In this document: positions 1 to 7,732 of the stretch, piece by piece
How the letters are laid out: each line of letters starts with the position of its first letter
How positions within the stretch are numbered: position 1 is the stretch's first letter
Source: Amoeboradix gromovi X-113
Lineage: Eukaryota; Fungi; Sanchytriomycota
Assembly (NCBI GenBank): GCA_018985225.1
Contig: JADGIF010000439.1
Location: 1-8,548, forward strand
DNA: 8,548 nucleotides
Direction of reading: 5' to 3'
The notes under the pieces: generated by a model
The model's database searches: none
What the model was told of the DNA's origin: nothing
The model's input: the letters and a program-made list of their open reading frames with translations, nothing else
Program-made: the position numbers and the translations under genes

Positions 1-133
1 TAGCTTCTAGTGATATACAGACGTTTTTTCGTAGATGACAGAAGAACATCTGGTTTTATGTGGTTAGAACAGCCGAGTAAGATAGCCTGTGGGAGCAAGG
101 AATTTTTGTGATCATGATATATGATTTATTAAG

Positions 134-700
134 TTAAAGTCCCAAACTGCTTCAAATCTCAGACAAAATGATACGGAAGTAGAGAAGTGGGACGTTTGAT
201 CTAGGTGGCCACTTGCTGATGCCAACATATCTTCTCTGCCAACTTGGTATTTCGCCGTTGTCCACACTCCTTATGAATTGAAGGTTGTTATTACGTGCAT
301 TCACATCTCTGTTTACAAGCACATCACAAGTGGTAAACCGACTCAAACTTGATTATTCATAAATGCCATTATACATGCCATAGCAGCCAGGTTACTCCTT
401 GGATGTTCTAAACTCGCGAATGTGCAGTTTTCCTGTTTAGAGTACTTAATGGCTGCTCTTGTTTGTATTACTGCCATCGCCAAAGTGAATCATTTTTATC
501 ACGTTCTAATTTCTTGCCCACTTTCTCACAACACCACCGCTCTTAAGACTCTTAAAAAGTGCATTTCCTAGCACAAGATCGATATTTCTTAAGCTTGCTG
601 TTTTTGACGATGAATGTAAAATCAATCTAATGTCTGATATTTTATTATATAGTTTACGATAAAAAATTTGATGGAGTCTCGAGCATCTGATAAGTTGTTT
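134..700 (-). pseudogene. Degenerate Fanzor1-like (TnpB-family) C-terminal remnant, family B copy 1
   Basis: One frame reads ...MIHFGDGSNTNKSSH*VL*TGKLHIREFRTSKE*PGC...TTCDVLVNRDVNARNNNLQ. FGD is at 484-476, EFRTSK at 415-398 and NRDVNARNNNL at 313-281. Five in-frame stops start at 508, 448, 439, 394 and 355. Confidence 0.75.
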
Positions 701-759
701 CTGTTCGTTTTTTCGCCCAGATTAACCTTCCACTTTGCTTTTCAGAGAGCGTATCCCTA

Positions 760-1956
760 ATGTTTGATGATATTTCCGAAATAGTTCATATTCCTCAAAA
801 ATACAAAAGAATAACCGAGGATGTAAAGATTGAGAATAAATATGTAGAAAATACATGCACTGTTTGTAAATTGACTTTTGATAATTCTGACGATGCGCGA
901 TTTCATCACAAAAGTGATGGGCACTTGCAAAACTTATTAAGTAATTTAAACGCCAGTGACAGTGAAGACGAAATGGAAGACATTGTAATAGTAGACAAAG
1001 ACCAGCTATTGGTATTCAAGTCAAACGGTAACACATTCGGGATATTCCCCCAGCTTTTAAATGATGAAATATGGAACGCATTAAACGCAGCATCGCTGAA
1101 TGATTACCTCAGGAAGCTAAATAATCAGAAATGGCTTTTTTTGATGCTTAGTGGGGGTGACTTTGCCGGTGCTCTCATTGATGTGGCTTCTCAGAAAGCA
1201 ATAATTCACAAGTCAATTCATAGGTACACAACAAGACGAAAACAAGGTGGCGGTCAGAGCAGCCATGACCAGTCAAAAGGCAAAGCCAGTTCTGCTGGTA
1301 GTTCCATCCGCAGACACAATGAACAAGCATTGGTGCAAGATATTATTAACTTTCTCACCTCGAATAAGGAACTAAAAATTGCTGACTTGATTTGGATATA
1401 TGGGGCTAAGAAGAATGAACTTATACTTAAAAATTGCATTAAAACTGCAAGTATTGATATAGAATTAAGAAAAGTACCGATTTCAGTTGGGAAACCCACT
1501 TCTTCTTCATTGATGAAATGTTTTCAATACTTAATAAAATGGCAAAACGCTTCATTTGAAAAAATCAAATTGGAGGAAATATCAGTTGAAGTAGATAATA
1601 GCGAGTATTTTGAGTCTGAAATAGAATTGGAGCCGGTAATACCGCAGGAAGTAACAAAAAAAAACAAGAAGAAGAAAAAGAGAATCAAAAAAGGAATAAC
1701 AAAGGATATGATAGTTGACGAGGTAATAGATCTGAGAGTACCTTTGCCTGAAGCACCCACTGCAAAAGAGCAAATGGCAAACAAGTTGATAAGGCCAGTA
1801 GATCGAATTCCAGATAGAAACAAGATGCTCGAGGCAGCGATGAGGAGAAATAACACAATCACATGTGCATGCGGATCAGGAATAGATATAAAGAACAGTT
1901 TCGAGAAACAGGGGATCAAGTACTGCTCCATTAATTGTTTACGAGTTTATTCATAA
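760..1956 (+). CDS. VMS1: Vms1/ANKZF1-family ribosome quality-control factor (VLRF1 domain), 398 aa
   Basis: N-terminal C2H2 finger (CTVC...HHKSDGHLQNL). VLRF1 core LMLSGGDFAGA...HKSIHRYTTRRKQGGGQS...SAGSSIRRHNEQAL. VCP/Cdc48-interacting-motif-like RNKMLEAAMRR. C-terminal Cys cluster CACG...YCSINC. Confidence 0.93.
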   Translation: MFDDISEIVHIPQKYKRITEDVKIENKYVENTCTVCKLTFDNSDDARFHHKSDGHLQNLLSNLNASDSEDEMEDIVIVDKDQLLVFKSNGNTFGIFPQLLNDEIWNALNAASLNDYLRKLNNQKWLFLMLSGGDFAGALIDVASQKAIIHKSIHRYTTRRKQGGGQSSHDQSKGKASSAGSSIRRHNEQALVQDIINFLTSNKELKIADLIWIYGAKKNELILKNCIKTASIDIELRKVPISVGKPTSSSLMKCFQYLIKWQNASFEKIKLEEISVEVDNSEYFESEIELEPVIPQEVTKKNKKKKKRIKKGITKDMIVDEVIDLRVPLPEAPTAKEQMANKLIRPVDRIPDRNKMLEAAMRRNNTITCACGSGIDIKNSFEKQGIKYCSINCLRVYS

Positions 1957-1961
1957 TAAAG

Positions 1962-2368
1962 CTAAAATTTGTTTTCGCTAAACACAACTTGTTTAGAGCC
2001 ATCATAAATAGTAAATGTATTTCCGTTATCGCCACATCTATAAGAAACCTAAATAAGACTTGAATTACGGAATGCGGATCTATCCAAAGTACGAAATCTG
2101 AAGGCAGTAATGCTCGGATATCTAAAATTCCAGCTTGCAGAGCAGCATGCTGCAAAAGGGCATCAACCTGGGAATTATTTTGTAAGTTTGTTATAGCTCT
2201 TCTAGCGCTACCCTGGATCGGATTATTAGGATACCAACATTTCTCAACCTTCTTTTTTAAACTCAGAGTTAATATTTGTTTGAATATACTGACCTGATCC
2301 ACAGTAATTCCATGCTTCTGAATGATTGTAGCCAAAAAGTTGACTGCGTAGTCGATTTCTTTTTGCAT
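1962..2368 (-). CDS. BTG/Tob (APRO) antiproliferative family protein, about 128 aa; exons 2368-2069 and 2048-1962
   Basis: N-terminus MQKEIDYAVNFL, box A-like WYPNNPIQGSARRAI and box B LPSDFVLWIDPHS. Removing GTAATTCAAGTCTTATTTAG (2068-2049) restores the expected box B continuation VSYRCGD and gives a TAG stop at 1964-1962. The real ATG is at 2368; the ORF track starts at a GTG. Confidence 0.9.
2049..2068 (-). other. 20-nt GT-AG spliceosomal intron in the BTG/Tob gene
   Basis: GTAATTCAAGTCTTATTTAG; excision restores the WIDPxxVSYRxG motif and removes the apparent overlap with VMS1. Confidence 0.85.
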
Positions 2369-2379
2369 CACAAAATACT

Positions 2380-2700
2380 CCTAATTAAAATGAATGACTT
2401 GCGAGAGAATTAAAAATATCCGCAGAGACAAATTCAGTAGCTCCTCGCACTTCCACTACTCTGCGTTGGGATTGAATGAAGATGCATAAACTTCAAGCGT
2501 ATGATCCTTGCTGCAATATGTTTTCTATTCGCTTCTGAATAGTAGTTGGTACATTTGTGTCTCCAAATTGCTTTTCTTTAGAGTTCCACATCTGGTTCAC
2601 ATTTTACCAGTGAATGCTTCAATATGCATCGCCAATGTCATTCCTTTAGACCAATTTCTAAATATAATGTTTTAGGCGACCAGGAAACTAGAAAAAAATT
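2380..2700 (-). pseudogene. Degenerate IS607-TnpB/Fanzor2-like 3' remnant, family A copy 1
   Basis: F*FPGRLKH / GMTLAMHIEAFTGKM*TRCGTLKKSNLET / KCTNYYSEANRKHIAARIIRLKFMH, with frameshifts. Homologous to 4521-4760, including the 3' tail. Confidence 0.8.
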
Positions 2701-2803
2701 GTATTAGAGAAATAAATTTCATATAATTACGATAAATGATTTATTAAATTAAACTCGATAACTGAAAATAACAAAGAGTTTGCTAACTTGAGCATCCGAA
2801 CAA

Positions 2804-3277
2804 CTACACTACCCATTCCATTGCTAATCCTTCGTTTTCTTTCCATTGAACTATGAAATAAGAACTAAACTTTTTAACGATTTTACCAGTAAGCGATAAC
2901 GAATTGACTCTGGCAAAGCTTTCAACGTAAACGGTAGTTGTTCTGAGTAACCTGAACAGAAAGAATATGAATACGCATATCCCAGGTCCATTTCCGATTA
3001 CTACTTTTATTCGATGATTGCTTTTAATAAGCGCCACAACTAAAAGTGTATGAAGAAAACTTACAAGCATACGAGGTAACGAAGCAATTATATGTTGTGC
3101 AGGGAGTCTTGGTCTTATTATTGTGTAATATTTAGCATTTGGATGCTCCCTCATTGATTTTATTCTGCTTAGTAGATCACCTCTCGATCCAATAAATACA
3201 AATTCACTGTCAATGCTCTGAATCAACGTAAATAGCTCAGTTGTATGACCACCAGACCCTAATATACACAAAATCAT
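2804..3277 (-). CDS. ALG14: UDP-GlcNAc transferase subunit Alg14, 157 aa
   Basis: Family motifs LGSGGHTTE, GNGPGICV, YVESFARVNSLSLTGKI and FIVQW. Confidence 0.92.
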   Translation of the reverse strand: MILCILGSGGHTTELFTLIQSIDSEFVFIGSRGDLLSRIKSMREHPNAKYYTIIRPRLPAQHIIASLPRMLVSFLHTLLVVALIKSNHRIKVVIGNGPGICVFIFFLFRLLRTTTVYVESFARVNSLSLTGKIVKKFSSYFIVQWKENEGLAMEWVV

Positions 3278-3305
3278 TTGTTTGAAAAATAATAACTTTA
3301 TTTTT

Positions 3306-3716
3306 TTAAACTGCCACCTTCAACTTTTGCTTCTTCTCATAATCCGCAATGGCTGCCTTTATTGCATCCTCAGCTAGCATGCTGCAATGTATCTTCACAG
3401 GTGGTAATGATAATTCAGTTGCAATATCTGAATTTTTGATTTTTAATGCATCTTTCAAGTGTCTGTTCTTGATCCATTCAGTCGCTAAGCTTGAACTTGC
3501 TATTGCCGAGCCACATCCAAATGTTTTGAACTTTGCATCAGTGATTTTCCCGTTGTCATCTACTTTTATTTGTAATTTCATGACGTCTCCACATGCTGGT
3601 GCTCCAACTAGTCCAGTACCTACTCCTTTGTCATTTTTGTCAAATTTTCCCACATTTCTCGGCCTTTCATAGTGATCTATTACTTTTTTAGAGTATGAGC
3701 GATAAATTCGAATCAT
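3306..3716 (-). CDS. ISU1: Mitochondrial Fe-S cluster scaffold Isu1/IscU, 136 aa
   Basis: YSKKVIDHYERPRNVG, GLVGAPACGDVMKLQI, FKTFGCGSAIASSS, LPPVKIHCSMLAEDAIKAA (LPPVK Hsp70-binding motif). Very short Arg-containing N-terminal extension MIRIYRS. Confidence 0.97.
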   Translation of the reverse strand: MIRIYRSYSKKVIDHYERPRNVGKFDKNDKGVGTGLVGAPACGDVMKLQIKVDDNGKITDAKFKTFGCGSAIASSSLATEWIKNRHLKDALKIKNSDIATELSLPPVKIHCSMLAEDAIKAAIADYEKKQKLKVAV

Positions 3717-4369
3717 TCTAAACGTGGGGCTTTATCAGATGAAATGCGACACTCCACAATTTATAGACAATCTTTAACCTCTCCCTACTCCATCTGTCAA
3801 ACCAATGGACTCCAAAGTCGGTTCCCATATCTTTCAAGACTAGAGTCTTCTAATAATTGTTCAAACAGGAATTCACATGTCTGTATTTTAAATATACCCC
3901 ATTGAACCAATGATTTAGTTGAATTCGATGTGTAGATTTAGTTAAAAGTATTAAACAGCTCAAAGCTCTATCATGACCTAAACGTTCAAACCTCTAATAC
4001 TAATTGGAATAGCCTTTTTATTCCCAACTGCCATGCAAGCTATTTCCTGTTATGTTGCATTATGGCTGTACTAAAACAGTTAAATCTACATACCGTGTGG
4101 CTATCGCGCTCATGATGCAAAGATTGCTTTACAATTTGAATATACTTCTCAAAAAATTTGTATATTACCCATAGAACTCATCGGATTTTGTAAAATAAAT
4201 CATTTATCGAGTATTTGTAAATATTTTTATATTATTGCATGACTTTTCTACATTTTTCCAACAGCTTAAATACTAGATATCCTTCCTTTCACATATGGTT
4301 AATGGAATCAATAAGTATGATCCTGAGCAAGTCAAATCTAAAGAAATAACTAATAGTTACAGTACACAT

Positions 4370-4765
4370 CAACTTTGAGGAACTGACCCAAACATGGAAC
4401 AATTAGATGTCTTTTATCGCCGGGAAAGAGATCAACGATAAGTAAGTCTGTATGCCATCTATTTAATTATTCTTATGTCTTGCGTGTGCAACAATGCGAT
4501 ATCTTGATACTTATTATGTATGTACAAGGTGTGGTACTCTAAAGAGAACCAATTTAGAAACCTGAACCTGTACAAAGTGTCATTTGAAGACAGATAGAGA
4601 CCATATGGCAGCAAGGAACATATATATCAAGTATCTGCATCCTTATTCAATCCCGCCTCAGGGTAGTGAAAGCGTGAGCAATCTCTGTAACGAATTAACT
4701 AGCACCGCTGGTTTCTCTGTGGAAATTCTCGATTTTCTCGGAAATCACGACTTCTAAAGAGTATG
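4370..4765 (+). pseudogene. Degenerate IS607-TnpB/Fanzor2-like remnant, family A copy 2 (best preserved)
   Basis: 4521-4631 reads CTRCGTLKRTNLET*TCTKCHLKTDRDHMAARNIYIK, a CxxC...CxxC zinc finger followed by RuvC-III DRDxxAARNI. A possible RuvC-I vestige GTDP lies at 4379-4390 (weak). Confidence 0.88.
4711..4765 (+). ncRNA. Candidate omegaRNA 3' scaffold / right end of the family A element (also 6936-6995 + and 2431-2375 -)
   Basis: Conserved in three copies about 90-120 nt after RuvC-III. Can form the hairpin GATTTT-CTCG-GAAATC, with an outer AAATTCT/AGGAATTT stem in the consensus. Confidence 0.5.
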
Positions 4766-4823
4766 TTCCAAATCTTAAGATTAAGAAGTTTTGAAGCTTT
4801 GCGAAAAATTTATACTTGTTGAT

Positions 4824-6087
4824 TTACTCTAATACTGCAGTTTGACAGGTTAGTCCATCATATACTAACACGCCTGTAAGAGGTACGTATTGTTTTGTTA
4901 TAAACTTAATCACTTCTTGAGCTACAATTCCCCCTAAAATAGCACTAGTTCCATATATTTCTCCTTTGCATAAAGCCCTACATTAACACAAAATACCCGT
5001 TAAGTTCACCGTTACAATTCAAGTCTTTATACGAGCTCGGAAACTTGTTAAATTCTTTGCGGTAATTCAGGTGTTGTTTCAAATAACTGTACAATTCGAT
5101 CCCACTAGAGTGGATTTCAAAAGAATCTGAAAAAGCAACATTTGATGTTTCATTTACTAAGTGCGGCTTGACCCATTTTAAGTCTCTAATGTTTTTGCAC
5201 CACTCTTCAACAATGCTGTACTCCAGTTTGCAAATTTGTTGGATTTCTAAACAGTCCTGAATAAACTGGTCAGAGTAGATCTTTTTGAATGCCAAATAGC
5301 CATTAGTAGTTGACTTGATGTCAGGAATATCCAAAGATACGGGTAGTCTGAGATTACTTCTATAAAATACTGAAATCGCATTTAATATGGCTGATTCCTG
5401 TGGATCGGTTAAAACAGAGTCAAATAAGAGTTTAACATCCGTGTATTCATTTCTGGTGTAAACGTAAAACACATTATCCATGGCTTCTTGTATGTTGTCC
5501 ATGTCGACATTCGGTCTTATAAACGATCGCAACTTTTGTCTTAATTCTTTTCTGTTCTTACCAAAAGACTTAATTCTGTTTAAGAAGACTGGGTATGGGA
5601 CATGCGAGTATTCATAGTCGTCAATAGAACTGATATCAAAAGATTTGAGATATTCTAGCAGAGATTGAAAAGGAGCATAAAGCATTAAATCGAAATGTTT
5701 TTCACGTTTTTGAACAATATAGCCAGAATGAGAGATTGAAATGTAGCCATACCAGCCAATCGTGTACGATTCAATTATCGGTATATTACTAGGAATATTA
5801 ATATCAGAAAGATTGTTTAAAGACAAGATCAGATTTATATTGTTGAAATTTAGAGAGGACTTGTCTACTATTTCAAAATGGACGTGCGGATTAAAGTTTT
5901 GCAGCTGCTTATGCTTCTCGTTTATCCATTCAGATTCTACAATATAAATAAACCCAAAACCACCTAAAATCAAGTTTTTGAGAGTCTCCATCATTAAAAA
6001 ACCTTCGCCAATACAAAGAATTCGAGAGCTCTCTATTTTTGATTGTCCGGAGCTTTGCCAGATTCTAATTTGACGATCATAACGCAT
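4824..6087 (-). CDS. ULA1: NEDD8-activating enzyme E1 regulatory subunit (Ula1/APPBP1/NAE1), about 414 aa; exons 6087-4997 and 4977-4824
   Basis: Exon 1 has RYDRQIRIW..SGQ, ETLKNLILGG, HVPY, NIQEA and LPVSLDIPDIKSTT.GYL..KKIY. Exon 2 encodes ALCKGEIYGTSAILGGIVAQEVIKFITKQYVPLTGVLVYDGLTCQTAVLE*, the conserved family C-terminus. Confidence 0.9.
4978..4996 (-). other. 19-nt GT-AG spliceosomal intron in ULA1/NAE1
   Basis: GTATTTTGTGTTAATGTAG, phase 2. Excision joins ...ELNG in frame to the GGIVAQEVIK exon. The two nearby upstream GT donors I checked give the wrong frame. Confidence 0.82.
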
Positions 6088-6539
6088 TTATTGTCAGAAA
6101 ATAATCTGTTTTAAGGGAAAGTAAAAGAAAAACCAATAACATTTCATTATGTAGTCGTTGAGCGATATATTTCCACCATCATTTCTTTTCTACTAACTTG
6201 GTCATTGACTATTTGTTAATAGACCTTTAATGACTAGAATATTTGGTTGTTCTCTCAATAACATTTTGGAATTATACTTTTCATTTAGTAGTGCATTGAC
6301 TATGGCAATATTGTTAGAAGATGCTTCTCGATGTTTGTATGAGATTAGCGTATTCAAGTATGTCTTTTTTTACCAATCATGAAGTTTTTACCTAGCTCAG
6401 TAGTCTTTTAGGTAATATCATTTAGCATTACAAAGAGTTGCAAATGAATGTTATGATTCCCAATTTTAATTGAATAATAAATTATCGCCATTCCATGAAT
6501 TATCATTCCAAAAACAAACCATTCTTTGTAGAGTTTCGT

Positions 6540-6995
6540 AACTAGATAAAAACTTGGCACTTGTTTTTCTGACGTATGACAAGTGTCACCAAATCACCAC
6601 AGACAAATAAATCAAGCTTAAAGATATCACCAAGCGATTCGGAATGTACTCTTCTATACCTAGTAACAGTTCTAAAAATGAAATTATCGCTCAAGGTAAA
6701 TGTCAAGACACTGTTGAAGAATTCTGAATAATTCAGCCGTCAAACGTGTATAAGGTGTGGCAATCTAATCAAATCTATCTGGAGAGATAATGCACGCAAA
6801 AACTGTCATTTGGAAGCAGACGGGGGTAATAAGGAAATATGAGTATACACCTCAAGTATGTGCATAAGTTATCGGTCCCATCTAAATGTATTGGAAATGT
6901 GGGCGAACAACGTTACTGAGCGATTAAAATTCTCAGTTTCTCCGTGGATATTTTCGATTTTCTTGTCTGATCAGGAATTTTAATAACGGTAATAT
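6540..6995 (+). pseudogene. Degenerate IS607-TnpB/Fanzor2-like remnant, family A copy 3
   Basis: LDKNLALVFLTYDK...KLKDITKRF / VLKMKLSLKVNVKTLLKNSE*FSRQTCIRCGNL...NCHLEAD / IHLKYVH. The 3' tail 6936-6963 matches 4711-4738 at 25/28 nt. Confidence 0.8.
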
Positions 6996-7169
6996 GTCTG
7001 CATTTGACAAAAGATTGATATGACCACGATAATTGAATTTAAACAAATAAATAGCGTTCGAAATTTGCGCAGTGATTCTACTGGATATGAGGTTAAGAAC
7101 AAATATGAAAGAGTTATCTTACAGCAAATGGCTCAGAGAATTATTTCAGCACGCATTTGGTAGTACCCA

Positions 7170-7726
7170 GAGTAAGATCGATCATTTTTGGTTGTGGCAA
7201 CACTGTACCAGAGTCATAAGAAATAAGACATCAAGTTTAGACAACTAATTGTTTTTCCATTTTATTCATAGAAAATCATCATGTCTTTCAATTCATTATA
7301 TTATTTAAAAGTAATTTGAAATGGATACAGGTTTTTAGCACAATCCTAGAGGCACGCACAATATTCTAAATGGGAAACTAGTCTAGTCACTGGAAAGAAA
7401 AGAATTATTACTACTTACTCCAAGATACAACGCTCTAATCGAGCTATGTCTTCCATGAAAACGATGGGAAATGTAAGTATATTCACTTTAATAGGAGTTT
7501 TGGTTATACCAGTGCTCCCACTGCCATGCAGTTGTGGATAAAGATGCATATGCACGCAACAACAATCTTGAGGTAGTAGGAAGTCTATTGAAGATAAGCG
7601 AAAGATCCATATGCTAGAAAAGAAAAGGTACTGCGGCTATTTCGCCAAATCTCTACGTGATGAATAAGGGTGCATTTGCAAAACTTCGCCGTGCTTTTAC
7701 ACTAAATATCCAAGTGTTTCGATTAA
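7170..7726 (+). pseudogene. Degenerate Fanzor1-like remnant, family B copy 2
   Basis: Single frame from 7321: MDTGF*HNPRGTHNILNGKLV*SLERKELLLLTPRYNALIELCLP*...YQCSHCHAVVDKDAYARNNNLEVVGS. Shares ARNNNL, GKL and the nucleotide blocks ATCGATC and AGAGTC(A/T)TAAGA with 134-700. Confidence 0.75.
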
Positions 7727-7732
7727 TAGAAC

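Noticed and set aside
152-346. 64-aa ORF as a standalone gene
   Set aside because: It starts at TTG and is the stop-free tail of Fanzor relic B1.
152-508. TAA/TAG-to-Gln recoding, since all five internal stops of relic B1 are TAR and the frame ends in TGA
   Set aside because: VMS1, ISU1, ALG14, BTG and ULA1 all end in TAA/TAG at expected positions and have no internal TAR. One B1 stop replaces an expected Cys, and other relics contain TGA stops and frameshifts.
1254-1931. Minus-strand ORFs 1254-1499, 1524-1931 and 1582-1773
   Set aside because: Antisense shadows of VMS1; their Phe-rich runs mirror its poly-Lys codons.
1931-1961. Overlap between the BTG ORF and VMS1
   Set aside because: Artefact of the unspliced 20-nt intron; spliced BTG ends at 1962.
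3349-3672. 107-aa plus-strand ORF
   Set aside because: Antisense shadow of the highly conserved ISU1.
3720-3737. ACGTGGGGCTTTA resembling the RNase MRP 3' conserved region
   Set aside because: No matching upstream GAAAGTCCCC-type partner, and the RNA body would lie antisense within ISU1.
5762-5947. 61-aa plus-strand ORF
   Set aside because: Antisense shadow of ULA1/NAE1.
6160-6280. IFP...RIFGCSLNNILE as a TnpB N-terminal helix-turn-helix vestige of relic A3
   Set aside because: Motif spacing is wrong and the match is too short to support without a profile search.
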